NCBI GenBank assembly: GCA_033791225.1
Contig: JASJHD010000008.1
Location: 189,814-253,813, forward strand
Origin: Crocinitomicaceae bacterium
Lineage (GTDB): Bacteria > Bacteroidota > Bacteroidia > Flavobacteriales_D > Crocinitomicaceae
Length of the DNA stretch: 64,000 bases
Reading direction: 5' to 3'
The position numbers were made by a program, and so were the translations under genes. Below the pieces are notes generated by a model. It was not told the origin of the DNA and made no database searches. It was given only the letters and a program-made list of their open reading frames with translations. This document shows positions 38,068 through 48,093 of this stretch, piece after piece. Position 1 is the first letter of the stretch; each line of letters begins with the position of its first letter.

Positions 38068-38886
38068 ATGACTATGAAAATTTTTACAATCGTTAGTGCA
38101 TTATTTTTAAGCATAACACTTTATGCTGGGCACGCAGGAGAAATCGCAATCATCTCACCATCTGGAGAGCAGTTTTATGTTGTTCTCAATGGACAGTATC
38201 AAAACTATCAGCCTCAGAGCAACGTTAATTTTCAGGCTTACACCAATAACTGGAATAAATGTCAAATTGTAGCGGCGGACAACCATTTTACAATTGACAA
38301 GCACATTACAGTGCGACCAGACAAGAAAGTTACATACAAGATCATGAATTACCATGGTCGTCATCTTTTACAGTTTGTATCAGAGCAACCACTCTATTCG
38401 AATTCAGGATATGGTAACCAAAATGGACCTCCAAACGGCAATTCACAGGGAATGGGACAATGCGGAAGTTCGAACTCGAATAATCAATCCTATGGATACC
38501 CACATGGTCAACCTTATGGACAGCCTCACGGACAACCACAAGGTCAATACCAAGGTGGCGGGTACTACAACACAAATTACAACGGGTACAACTCGAACAA
38601 TATGATGGACGATCAATCGTACCAGCAGTTAAAAAAGGCCGTTAACGCTGAGTCATTCTCGGATGATCGTTTACGAGTAGCCAACCGTGCGGCTCGAAGC
38701 AAGCGAATGTCAGTTGATCAAATCAAAGGAATCATGAAGATTTTTTGGTTCTCAAGTGAAGGACTTGATTTTGCCAAAGCAGCCTACGCGAATTGTGTGA
38801 ACAAAAGTGATTATTACCAATTGTTGAATCAACTTACTTTCTCATCTGAAAAGGATGATTTGGAAGCATTCCTTGACCAACAGTAG
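38068..38886 (+). CDS. DUF4476-like secreted protein with central Q/N/G/Y-rich low-complexity segment
   Basis: Signal peptide. The C-terminal FSDDRLRVANRAARSKRMSVDQIKGIMKIFWFSSEGLDFAKAAYANCVNKSDYY resembles DUF4476 (from memory). Confidence 0.7.
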   Translation: MTMKIFTIVSALFLSITLYAGHAGEIAIISPSGEQFYVVLNGQYQNYQPQSNVNFQAYTNNWNKCQIVAADNHFTIDKHITVRPDKKVTYKIMNYHGRHLLQFVSEQPLYSNSGYGNQNGPPNGNSQGMGQCGSSNSNNQSYGYPHGQPYGQPHGQPQGQYQGGGYYNTNYNGYNSNNMMDDQSYQQLKKAVNAESFSDDRLRVANRAARSKRMSVDQIKGIMKIFWFSSEGLDFAKAAYANCVNKSDYYQLLNQLTFSSEKDDLEAFLDQQ

Positions 38887-38888
38887 TA

Positions 38889-39179
38889 CTATTTGTCAAG
38901 TACTTTTGGAATTCTGAAATAATCAGAATCCTTCTTAGGGGCGTTTTTTAACGCCTCTTTTTGCGTTACGGTAACGTGTGGAGTATCCTCTCTCAAGTTG
39001 CCGATTTCGTTGGTCATGAAAATCAGTGGCTCAACATTCTCTGTGTCGACTTCTTGCAATTTGTCCATGAATGTAACAATGCGTTCCATATCGGCCATGA
39101 TCGCTTGCTTCTTGTCTCCTTCGAATTCTAAACGAGCAAGGTGTGCAATGTGATCAACTACGTCTTCTGTGATTTTCAT
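38889..39179 (-). CDS. gatC: Asp/Glu-tRNA amidotransferase subunit C
   Basis: MKITEDVVDHIAHLARLEF...M...VD.ENVEP is typical GatC. The start was moved from TTG 39188 to ATG 39179. Confidence 0.9.
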   Translation of the reverse strand: MKITEDVVDHIAHLARLEFEGDKKQAIMADMERIVTFMDKLQEVDTENVEPLIFMTNEIGNLREDTPHVTVTQKEALKNAPKKDSDYFRIPKVLDK

Positions 39180-39212
39180 AGGTTGCAAAGTTAAAAGAAA
39201 TTGAGAATTCTA

Positions 39213-39971
39213 CTATGCTTTCGCTTTCAACACTTCTTTGATAGGTTCATTGATAATTGCAAAGCACCTTTCCCTTAATTCAATTTGGCTGTATTGTTCA
39301 ATTTCCTCCGCGGTGATCGCAGGGTGAATATATACATGGCTAACCCCAGGACGGGCTGGCCCAAAAAAATCACTCGGGTCTGAAAACAATTTGTAATGAT
39401 TTGTATATGTAACTGGGACTATAGGAACTCCCAAATTCTTCGCCAATTGAAATGCCCCATCTTTAAATTCAATCATTTTTGGTCGATCACCATCCGGAAT
39501 TCCGCCCTCGGGAAAAATCATTAAAGACCACCCTTCTTTTACTGCTCTCCCTGCCTTAATCAAGGCCCGTGCCGACTTTATTGGACTTGATCGGTACACT
39601 GGGATGTTCATTTTTTTGAAATATGTTTTAATCAAAGGGTAGCTCAATATTTCACTCTTGCCTAGAAATAAAAATGGACTTTGTGGGAAAATCGAATACA
39701 TCAAAAAGATGTCGAGGAAAGAAGAATGGTTTGAAACTATGATGTGGGGTTCATTGGGAATAGGATTCGATACCTTTTTTACCACGAAATAGAAACAAGC
39801 TATGCGTACGCTCCAACTCCAAGCAACAAACAGCCGAAAAGCCTTTCTTTTTCCCTTCTCACTACCTAAAAATGGGACTATCACAGGATAGAAGACAAGA
39901 GCAGTTATCCCAAAAATAACGGCTACATAGATCTTCCACAACATAGATGGTATCCCAATTATTAAGCGCAT
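39213..39971 (-). CDS. plsC: 1-acyl-sn-glycerol-3-phosphate acyltransferase
   Basis: HX4D motif in VSNHSSFLDIF and block III in MIFPEGG. ATG 39971 is preferred to TTG 39986. Confidence 0.85.
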   Translation of the reverse strand: MRLIIGIPSMLWKIYVAVIFGITALVFYPVIVPFLGSEKGKRKAFRLFVAWSWSVRIACFYFVVKKVSNPIPNEPHIIVSNHSSFLDIFLMYSIFPQSPFLFLGKSEILSYPLIKTYFKKMNIPVYRSSPIKSARALIKAGRAVKEGWSLMIFPEGGIPDGDRPKMIEFKDGAFQLAKNLGVPIVPVTYTNHYKLFSDPSDFFGPARPGVSHVYIHPAITAEEIEQYSQIELRERCFAIINEPIKEVLKAKA

Positions 39972-40061
39972 TTGCCAAATGTACAAAATTCGAATGTTCG
40001 TTGTCGCTGCCGGTACATATTCCTCACAAAATGACTAAATTCGTCTGAAATTAAACACAGC

Positions 40062-41030
40062 ATGGCGCGTATTTTAACAGGTATACAAAGCACTGGCACT
40101 CCACATTTGGGTAATATCCTTGGGGCCATTGTTCCTGCAATTGAAATGGCGAAGAGTCCAGGGAATGATTCTTTTCTATTTATTGCGGATTTACATTCTT
40201 TGACCCAAATTAAAGATGGGAAAGTAATGCATGAAAACACATTGTCTACTGCTGCTACATGGCTTGCCTTCGGAATTAATCCAGAAAAAACAGTTTTTTA
40301 CAGACAGAGTGATGTCTCTGAAGTAACTGAGTTAACGTGGTATTTAATGTGCTATTACCCATACAATCGATTACAATTGGCCACAAGTTTCAAGGATAAG
40401 TCCGACCGTTTAACCGATGTGAATGCAGGACTATTTACTTATCCGATGCTAATGGCGGCAGATATTTTGTTGTACGATGCGGAAATTGTTCCTGTAGGGA
40501 AAGATCAAGCTCAGCACCTTGAAATGACACGAGATGTTGCGAGCAGGTTTAATCATGCAATGGGGGATACTTTTGTGTTGCCGGAGGCTAAACACAACGA
40601 AGACACAATGCTCATTCCTGGTACAGATGGTGAGAAAATGAGTAAATCTCGCGATAATTTCATCGATATTTTTCAGTCAGAGAAGAAGTTGCGCAAGAAA
40701 ATCATGACAATTGAAACAGATTCTAGGGAGCTAGAAGACGTGAAAGATCCAGATACCTGCAACATTTTTGCACTGTACAAAATTATTGCAACACCGACGG
40801 AAATTGAACAAATGAGAGTCAATTATCTTGGTGGTGGATATGGCTATGGTCATGCTAAACAAGCGCTTTTCGAAGCAATTGTGGAACGTTTTAAAACTGA
40901 GCGTGAGCGCTATAATCATCTCATGGAAAACCCCTCGGAAATTGAAGAAGCATTGAAAATTGGTGCGGCAAAAGCAAAAACCGTAGCAAAAACTGTTTTA
41001 GAAAGGGTTAGAGATAAAGTCGGGTATTGA
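40062..41030 (+). CDS. trpS: Tryptophanyl-tRNA synthetase
   Basis: GIQSTGTPHLGNILG (HIGH-type), VPVGKDQAQHLEMTRD and KMSKS motifs. Confidence 0.97.
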   Translation: MARILTGIQSTGTPHLGNILGAIVPAIEMAKSPGNDSFLFIADLHSLTQIKDGKVMHENTLSTAATWLAFGINPEKTVFYRQSDVSEVTELTWYLMCYYPYNRLQLATSFKDKSDRLTDVNAGLFTYPMLMAADILLYDAEIVPVGKDQAQHLEMTRDVASRFNHAMGDTFVLPEAKHNEDTMLIPGTDGEKMSKSRDNFIDIFQSEKKLRKKIMTIETDSRELEDVKDPDTCNIFALYKIIATPTEIEQMRVNYLGGGYGYGHAKQALFEAIVERFKTERERYNHLMENPSEIEEALKIGAAKAKTVAKTVLERVRDKVGY

Positions 41031-41050
41031 TTAATCAACGTTTTTTTTTA

Positions 41051-41058
41051 TATTTTTG
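41051..41058 (+). promoter_or_regulatory. Candidate -7 box TATTTTTG upstream of 41073
   Basis: Exact TAnnTTTG match, only 14 nt before the ATG, which implies a very short leader. A T9 run directly precedes it. Confidence 0.3.
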
Positions 41059-41072
41059 TACCTACTAACTAT

Positions 41073-42800
41073 ATGAACATGCGTTACATAATATTTTCAA
41101 TCTTTTTACTTGCTGGTCTATCATTCACGTCTTGTACTGAAACTGAGACTAAAGTGGAAGACCTCGTTGCAATAGGCGGAAAAAAATATGGAGGAGAATT
41201 CAAATTCATGTCTTCAGAAAAGGTAGCTTCCTTATTTCCAACTTCATCGGCCGATCAATATTCATCAAGAATGGTTTCTCAAATCTATGAGTCACTTGTA
41301 AGATTGGATCCAGAAACAATGAAGGTAGTTCCTTCGGTAGCTGACAGTTTCTACTGGAATAGTGATGCTAGTGTCTACACCTTTAACATCCGAAAAGGAA
41401 TCAAGTTTCATGAAGATGATTGCCTGAGTGAAGGTCATGAGTTGGATGCGAATGATGTTAAATTTGCTTTGGACTTGGCATGTTCAGGAATGGAAGTTAA
41501 TCATGTTAGTTATTTATTGGTACACAAAATTAAGGGTTCCGCTGACTTCTTTGAGGCATCAAAAACAAGTATTCCTGCAGGTGGAGTTCCTGGTGTTAAG
41601 GTGATTGATGATTACACCATTGAAATCACTTTGGAGCACTCATTCTCAGGATTCGAATACATTTTGACACATTCAAGTTTAGGGATTTTCCCGAAAGAAG
41701 CTTGGGACACTTATGGTGAAGACATGGCCACACATCCTGTTGGAACTGGACCGTTCGCTTTGGAATCAATGTCGGATGAAAAAATGGTGTTGAAACGTAA
41801 CAACAATTATTGGAGAGAGGATGAATTTGGAAATCAACTGCCATTCTTGGGCAAGGTGATCATGACTTACACTCAGGACAAGCGTAGTGAGCTATTAGCA
41901 TTTAGAAGCGCTGAATCTGATTTAGTATTGGAAATTCCAGTTGAAGAAATTGAGCACATCCTTGGAACACTTCAAGAAGCACAAGAAGGAAAAAACATTA
42001 AGCACAAAGTTGAGTCAGAAGCAAGTTTGAGTATGACTTACGTTGCGATGTCTATCGAAAGTGAAGAGTTTTCGGATATGCGCGTTCGTAAAGCATTCAA
42101 CATTGCTATTGATAGAGACGATATTATAGACTCATATTTAGAAGGTGAAGGCTGGGCCGCAAACAATGGTTTTGTTCCAACTATGAGTAACTACCCTTCT
42201 GATGAAGTGAATGGACACAAATTCAACGCTGAACGTGCTCAATCATTAATGAGTGAGGCAGGTTATGCAAATGGAAATGGGTTCCCTACATTGGATTTTT
42301 ATGTGAATACTTTGGAAGGTTCTCCAGTTCACAAATTGTGTTTGGCAATTGCCGATCAATTGAAAAAGAATATCAATGTTGATTTGAATATCAAGCTATG
42401 TACAATTGAAGAACGTGGAGAAGCGATCGCATCAGGTGCTGCTAAAATTTGGCGAGCTGGATGGATTGCAGATTATCCAGATCCTGAAAACTTCCTTGCA
42501 ATGTTCTATGGAGGAAATATTACAGATCAATCATCTATGATGAATCGTTTTAAATTCCAAAGTGATGCATATGATGCTTTGTATGAGCAAGCCATCAAGG
42601 AGTCGAACGCTGAAAAGAGAACGGCACTTTTCATTCAATGTGATCAAATGATAATTGATGAAGCTGCAATTATGCCGATGCTTACTGATGATCATATCAT
42701 TATGATTAATGCACGTGTCAGAGACTTCAAAGCAAATTCTATGGAGAGCTTAAACTTAACAGAAGTCTTTATTAAAGAACCTAAGAAAACGGAAGAGTAA
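41073..42800 (+). CDS. ABC transporter substrate-binding protein, family 5 (peptide/nickel type), lipoprotein
   Basis: Lipobox LSFTSC. The 575-aa protein has a family-5 SBP layout (YESLVRLDPETMKVVP..A.S, PVGTGPF, and a C-terminal W.ADYPDPENFL). Confidence 0.85.
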   Translation: MNMRYIIFSIFLLAGLSFTSCTETETKVEDLVAIGGKKYGGEFKFMSSEKVASLFPTSSADQYSSRMVSQIYESLVRLDPETMKVVPSVADSFYWNSDASVYTFNIRKGIKFHEDDCLSEGHELDANDVKFALDLACSGMEVNHVSYLLVHKIKGSADFFEASKTSIPAGGVPGVKVIDDYTIEITLEHSFSGFEYILTHSSLGIFPKEAWDTYGEDMATHPVGTGPFALESMSDEKMVLKRNNNYWREDEFGNQLPFLGKVIMTYTQDKRSELLAFRSAESDLVLEIPVEEIEHILGTLQEAQEGKNIKHKVESEASLSMTYVAMSIESEEFSDMRVRKAFNIAIDRDDIIDSYLEGEGWAANNGFVPTMSNYPSDEVNGHKFNAERAQSLMSEAGYANGNGFPTLDFYVNTLEGSPVHKLCLAIADQLKKNINVDLNIKLCTIEERGEAIASGAAKIWRAGWIADYPDPENFLAMFYGGNITDQSSMMNRFKFQSDAYDALYEQAIKESNAEKRTALFIQCDQMIIDEAAIMPMLTDDHIIMINARVRDFKANSMESLNLTEVFIKEPKKTEE

Positions 42801-42822
42801 TCCAACGTTTATAGATACAAAG

Positions 42823-42851
42823 AGAGCCTTTCTTTCGAGAAGGGCTTTTTT
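42823..42851. terminator. Rho-independent terminator shared by convergent SBP and recO genes
   Basis: AGAGCCTTTCTTTCGAGAAGGGCTTTTTT forms an 8-10 bp stem with a 6-nt loop and a T6 run. Confidence 0.8.
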
Positions 42852-43545
42852 ATGCTCCCAAAACTTCTTTGACGATGTCGTAAGAATCCAATGTCTCAAA
42901 ACGAGGTATGTGGATTCTGAAATATTCTAGCATGATTTCTAGCGCTTCTTCTCGCTCCTGTTTGTTAGGATTCTCTTTAGGTGATTGTCCGTTTAGCAAA
43001 CTTCTTATAAGAATAACAGATGGACCAGAGTAAGATCTTTCAGCTATGCTTGAGGTCATTTGAAAGATTCCTGAATCCAAATTGAAAACACCTGCCTCTG
43101 GAATCTCACAAAGCGGTGCAAATCCTAAATTATCGCAACATTCAATTAAGAACTGAACTGGAAACAAGCCGAGTTCATCTGTCGTGTCTAGGTGTTCAAT
43201 AGACTTCTTAATGAACTGATAAAAAACCTCATCAACATCGCCTTGATGTACACACTTGTTAATGGTTTCAGCCATAAAAAATGCAACCGCACCCTTTATT
43301 GGATTGAATTGAAATGTAAGTGCTTTACTGCTCTCCACTTGAGTAAGGTTCAAAAGGTCACTTTCCTTTCTTCCGTAATAAGTTAGTTCTGATATTGATA
43401 GAGGATAAATGTTGTGAGCTTTCTTCTTCCCACCTTTAAAAATAAATTTTTGAAGGCCTCCTTTTTGGGTATAGAATGTTGTGATTAAACTGGAGTCGGA
43501 ATATGGAGTTCTCTGTAAAAATATTCCTTCGTCAGTCGATTTCAT
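42850..43545 (-). CDS. recO: DNA repair protein RecO
   Basis: The N-terminal OB-fold pattern DEGIFLQRTPYSDSSLITTFYTQKGG and the 231-aa size are typical of RecO. Confidence 0.88.
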   Translation of the reverse strand: MKSTDEGIFLQRTPYSDSSLITTFYTQKGGLQKFIFKGGKKKAHNIYPLSISELTYYGRKESDLLNLTQVESSKALTFQFNPIKGAVAFFMAETINKCVHQGDVDEVFYQFIKKSIEHLDTTDELGLFPVQFLIECCDNLGFAPLCEIPEAGVFNLDSGIFQMTSSIAERSYSGPSVILIRSLLNGQSPKENPNKQEREEALEIMLEYFRIHIPRFETLDSYDIVKEVLGA

Positions 43546-43555
43546 GTGTCATCGA

Positions 43556-45871
43556 TTAATTGACTACGAGTACTTTTCCAACCTTTCGGCCTTTTGTTTC
43601 ATCATCGTTTGGAGCGGTCCAAATCAGGTAAACTCCGGTTGAAACTCTCTCTCCTTGCAATGTTCTTCCATCCCAAGTTGCGGTTCCACCGTTGGATGTT
43701 GTTTTGTACACCAAATTACCAGCGATATCTGTAATCTTGACATCTGAATCATACTTTATCCCTTGAATGGTGATTGGTCCATCATAATCAGGTCGGGCAG
43801 GATTTGGGAAAACGGTAACGTTGTCGTAATTCCTTGTCCCTTGTGTGGCATCCGTTCTATACGAGATCAATCCTTGATCAGTAATGATATACAATTCTCC
43901 TGTTTGCTGATCCAGCTCAATATCCATGATGTTGTTAGACGGGAGTGGTGAATTCTCAATCGTATGTTGCTCGATGATTTCTAATCCGTCTTCCGAAAGC
44001 AAAATGACTCCAGCATTCGATGTTGCGAACCACTTTCTATTCGCGCCGTCTACCTCAATGTCTGTAATATTTGTTGAACCCAAAACATACTCCACATTTC
44101 CTTCAAACTCAAGTTTAATACGCTGAGCGTTGTATTCTCCTGCTGCTGCACCAAAGGCACTTGAAGAATTATACAACACTGCGAAACCATTGTCCGTTCC
44201 AATCCAAATTTCATCGTCTAAATCAACGGCAATTGCATTGATCTCATTGGACGGTAATGCTCCAGTATATTCCCCAGAATTCAAGACAACGTATTCATCA
44301 TCAGAAGGACTTGAAATTGTTCCATTGTCATTAAATCCAATTACTCCAACATTTCGTGCTAGAAACCACTTATTGTCATTGTTGTCAATTACAATCTTCT
44401 TTGTGAACTTATTAATTGTAGATCCACCTGTGTACATCGAATACCATTCGCCGTCAGCTGTGTATACTTTCAATGCATTGTTACAATGCCCATTGACCAC
44501 CCACAAATTTCCCATATCATCATAGGCCAAGTCGCTTACGAATGTCCCTCCTTGGTTATTGGAGTGATATTCCAATCCTGAATTAACTGGCGTTAAAGTA
44601 TCGTGATCACCAGACCTGTTTACAATTGTGACTGGAATTTCGGAGAATGATCCGATAGCAATTTCATCCTCATTTGCAGGGTTAACAGAAACACCCAAGA
44701 CGTCATAGACTTCAGCACCATTCCATTTAGACAAGGTACTATTGTCATACAATGACCAGCCTTCATCTTCAAAGACATAGGCCCCTGAAGTATTGTATGT
44801 TTGGAAAATTCCTGAGAGCCCTCCGCCGGCCACGGCCAAACGACCACTGTTCCAATCCATTGCGTAAAAATTGCTTTTTGGCGGACCAGTGATTGAAATT
44901 CTTGTTCCAGACAATCCGTTTAGTTCAACCAAACCATATCTGTCATCAGCCACGTAATATTTTCCATTATTGATAGTAATTGCATTTGGCCTTACACCAT
45001 CAAACGTATATGTGTAAAGCAGATTGCTCACACTCAAATCAGAATTATACAATTTAGATGCATCGTAATAGTTCACCACCAACATTCCGTTCACTTCTTG
45101 CACAGATCTGATATCAGAATTAAACGTTTCTGTAAATGCAGTATCCATTGATGTTTCCGTCAGGCGATAAACTGTATCAACACCACTCCAACCAGCTGCT
45201 ATAAGAGAAAAGTAAATCTCATCACCAACGGTAACAATGTTTTTGTATTCGTCTATAAATAACACCTCAACTCTAGCATCTTCTGTCCATTGTGTTGGGT
45301 CAGCAAGTGCTGGATTGTTTATTAATCCAACATACATTCGGTCTGTTGAAATTGCAAATATGGAATCATTTCTGAAGCACAAATCGTTGATCGGGGCTGT
45401 ACCATTTGTAGGGTAGTAAGTATCTCTCACTTCGTCCTTAGTAGGATCAATCTTTACAATAGCAAATCCTGTAGCCAAATAAACATAATCGCCATGGGCC
45501 ACAATGCTGTTGATCTTTTTCGACCCTTGGATTTGTGCCAAATTAATCGCTGGAATATTCGTGACTCTGTTGTCTTTGATTTTGTCCAGGTTCCCATTTT
45601 CATATCCAACAAAGACAGAATTATTGGATGGTGAATAACCCAAACATGAAATAGCAACATCTGAAAGTCCATTCACTGCATCCCAAAGAGCTGTCTCGTT
45701 GTTGTGCACGTCATATTCAGAAACACCAAATTCATAAGCTGTAAAGATTTTGGATCCTAGGCTTACAACGTCTATTGACTTAGACGCCGGAACGTGCATA
45801 CGCCATTGTCCAGTACCCACCTGAGCGGACAGTCCAAAAGCACCAAAAACAAAGATGATAAGTAGTCGCAT
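43556..45871 (-). CDS. Double beta-propeller (two-component-regulator-propeller type) protein with T9SS CTD; PorZ-like
   Basis: Signal peptide, ~650 aa of propeller-blade repeats, and the CTD VTVFPNPARPDYDGPITIQG...TGVYLIWTA. Its size (771 aa) and architecture match PorZ of Porphyromonas gingivalis. Orthology has not been verified. Confidence 0.6.
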   Translation of the reverse strand: MRLLIIFVFGAFGLSAQVGTGQWRMHVPASKSIDVVSLGSKIFTAYEFGVSEYDVHNNETALWDAVNGLSDVAISCLGYSPSNNSVFVGYENGNLDKIKDNRVTNIPAINLAQIQGSKKINSIVAHGDYVYLATGFAIVKIDPTKDEVRDTYYPTNGTAPINDLCFRNDSIFAISTDRMYVGLINNPALADPTQWTEDARVEVLFIDEYKNIVTVGDEIYFSLIAAGWSGVDTVYRLTETSMDTAFTETFNSDIRSVQEVNGMLVVNYYDASKLYNSDLSVSNLLYTYTFDGVRPNAITINNGKYYVADDRYGLVELNGLSGTRISITGPPKSNFYAMDWNSGRLAVAGGGLSGIFQTYNTSGAYVFEDEGWSLYDNSTLSKWNGAEVYDVLGVSVNPANEDEIAIGSFSEIPVTIVNRSGDHDTLTPVNSGLEYHSNNQGGTFVSDLAYDDMGNLWVVNGHCNNALKVYTADGEWYSMYTGGSTINKFTKKIVIDNNDNKWFLARNVGVIGFNDNGTISSPSDDEYVVLNSGEYTGALPSNEINAIAVDLDDEIWIGTDNGFAVLYNSSSAFGAAAGEYNAQRIKLEFEGNVEYVLGSTNITDIEVDGANRKWFATSNAGVILLSEDGLEIIEQHTIENSPLPSNNIMDIELDQQTGELYIITDQGLISYRTDATQGTRNYDNVTVFPNPARPDYDGPITIQGIKYDSDVKITDIAGNLVYKTTSNGGTATWDGRTLQGERVSTGVYLIWTAPNDDETKGRKVGKVLVVN

Positions 45872-45936
45872 TCTGTTTATTTACTCTGCAATAACGGCAA
45901 AATTTCAAAGTTATTGGATTTCATTGTGAAAACGGC

Positions 45937-47364
45937 TTATTCAAGGACTTTTCTGTACAAACTTGTACCGATGTCATCATACGTTTCGATGACCTCATAC
46001 TGTGTTGTATCAAACTCGAACTGATCTGTGAAGTTGTAAACGAATGTTGTCGTCGAATCTGGATCGTGCAATGCAGTTTCAATGTGTAAACTTTGCGAGT
46101 TGATGTAGTAATTCAACGTAGATTCAAAAAGCCAATGATTGCTCAAGGTAACTTTCTCTCCCTTCTCTTTATCTGTCAAAGACTCAATAGTCGCAGCGAC
46201 ATCACTCGTATGCGCATCGAATTTCCAGACCTTAGTGTATTGGGCTCCTGTGTCGGCCCACTTAAAAAAGTTCAAGGTGATTATTGTCATAATTGCAAGT
46301 ATGATTACCGTTCCTGATATCCGCGCAACTTTTGAAGAAAAATGAAGGTAGAATTCACTGGACAAATAATAAACTATCAAACCAAAAACAGGAACAAAAT
46401 ACATCGCGGTTCGTTCCGCTGGGTACTTTGCATCAAATAAAATATGCTGCGCTATAGTTGCAATCACCAACATTCCCAAAATTAAAAGCAACTTGAATAG
46501 AGGAGAGTCGAACCGTTTTTTAACAACTACAATGATCACTGACAAAACTAGAATGATGCACACGACCGTTGTCAGAATATAGAAATTGTTGAAACGTTCC
46601 AACACATTAATGTACAACGTTGCAAGTGTGTCACTAAAGGAGTCCACTCCAAAATACAACTGTTTGAGCTCCTTAAGAAATAACAAGCGTCTGATTGCTA
46701 GGATCAATGGTACAATTGCCAGCAAAATAATGATGGAAAATTGCACATGGTTTTTCTTGTTGATACCCTCTGAATTCTTTGTCAACCAGTAATATTGAGC
46801 AATGCACAAGAATAGAATCGTCATGAAGAAATTGATGGTCGAAAGATTTGAAAACATCGCCAATATTGCCATCACAATGCACAAGGTCATATCGTTGATG
46901 TACGATTTGAAGGTATGCTTCACCATGCCAGTTCGAAGGAAAAAGTACAAACTACCCATCATGAAACCGATGGAAAGGCCATAGCCCCGTGCTAACGAGA
47001 AGAAATCAACGAGAAAAGGGTTCCAGAGTAAGACAAACGCCCCAAGCAAAACAGCTGCCTCATGCTTTTCATTTTTAAGAATACGAAATACAAAGAGTAT
47101 GTAAACGGCACACAAAAGAACATTTGGAAGTCGAAGTGCAAATTCTCCTTCGCCGAAAATAGCACTACTAATCCTCATCAAAAAGGTGTTCAAGATATGA
47201 TGATTGGCTGTTGTCAATTGTGTTTCATTCCCTTGAAGGATCGTATACGTAATTGATTCATCGATAGTGAAGGATAAGTAAAATGCTCGAAGAGCCACCA
47301 TCAGTAAGATTAACGCTCCCGACAATAAGACAGGGCTGATAATCGATCTCTTAGTGCTAGCCAT
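45937..47364 (-). CDS. GT-C fold glycosyltransferase (ArnT/PMT_2, GT39/83-like) polytopic membrane protein
   Basis: The first loop has the acidic motif FTIDESITY, followed by ALRLPNVLL, which is typical of PMT_2/ArnT-like enzymes. There are at least 10 TM segments and a soluble C-terminal domain. Confidence 0.7.
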   Translation of the reverse strand: MASTKRSIISPVLLSGALILLMVALRAFYLSFTIDESITYTILQGNETQLTTANHHILNTFLMRISSAIFGEGEFALRLPNVLLCAVYILFVFRILKNEKHEAAVLLGAFVLLWNPFLVDFFSLARGYGLSIGFMMGSLYFFLRTGMVKHTFKSYINDMTLCIVMAILAMFSNLSTINFFMTILFLCIAQYYWLTKNSEGINKKNHVQFSIIILLAIVPLILAIRRLLFLKELKQLYFGVDSFSDTLATLYINVLERFNNFYILTTVVCIILVLSVIIVVVKKRFDSPLFKLLLILGMLVIATIAQHILFDAKYPAERTAMYFVPVFGLIVYYLSSEFYLHFSSKVARISGTVIILAIMTIITLNFFKWADTGAQYTKVWKFDAHTSDVAATIESLTDKEKGEKVTLSNHWLFESTLNYYINSQSLHIETALHDPDSTTTFVYNFTDQFEFDTTQYEVIETYDDIGTSLYRKVLE

Positions 47365-47373
47365 CTGTTGTGA

Positions 47374-48087
47374 TTATTTTAATCGAAGTACGCCGTAAAG
47401 AAATATTGTTCTGAAAACACGTAATGCATCAATGGTCCGGAGCTTTTTCCCTTGTCCCACATTACGTGGAAAATAGTGCACTGGAACTTCTGCAACGTTG
47501 TTCCTTTTGATACGAAGTGCCTTCATGATTAACTCTGCTTCAAAGCCAAATCGGTTTTCCTTGAGGTTGATCTGTTCGTATAAATTTCGAGTAATGAGTT
47601 TGTATCCGCATGCCATGTCTGTCAATTTTACATTGATCAAAACAGAAGTCACAAAAGTGAAATATTTGTTACCGATGTAGCGTCTATACGAACTAATAGG
47701 TCGTATAAGTCCCGGTAAATAACGTGAGCCGTTTACGAATTCCACTTTCAATTCATGCATGGCGATCAACATGGACGGAATATCTGAAGGCAGTAATTCC
47801 AAATCTGCATCTTGAATGAAAAACACATCTCCTGTTGCCTGCTCAAACCCGTAACGTACGGCAGCACCCTTGCCACTATTCACTGGCATTTCGAAAACGC
47901 GAAAGTTCTCTTTCTGCTCAACAAAGTCAGTTACACGTTTCATGCTCTCGTCTGATGAAGCGTCATTGACACAAATAATCTCTGTTGATTCAACAAATTC
48001 TGGCCAGTCCATATTTGCCAAACGTCCAAGCGTCACAAGAACGGTATCTTGCTCATTGTAAAATGGTACGACGATGGAAAGCTTCAT
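47374..48087 (-). CDS. GT2 glycosyltransferase, polyprenyl-phosphate sugar synthase-like (Dpm1/ArnC/GtrB type)
   Basis: LSIVVPFYNE, NDASSDES, GKGAAVRYG and FIQDADLE (DXD) motifs. Confidence 0.85.
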   Translation of the reverse strand: MKLSIVVPFYNEQDTVLVTLGRLANMDWPEFVESTEIICVNDASSDESMKRVTDFVEQKENFRVFEMPVNSGKGAAVRYGFEQATGDVFFIQDADLELLPSDIPSMLIAMHELKVEFVNGSRYLPGLIRPISSYRRYIGNKYFTFVTSVLINVKLTDMACGYKLITRNLYEQINLKENRFGFEAELIMKALRIKRNNVAEVPVHYFPRNVGQGKKLRTIDALRVFRTIFLYGVLRLK

Positions 48088-48093
48088 TCAGCG

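Noticed and set aside
39962-40240. 92-aa minus-strand ORF overlapping the trpS start region
   Set aside because: It overlaps the well-supported trpS CDS and the plsC upstream region, and it has no motif support.
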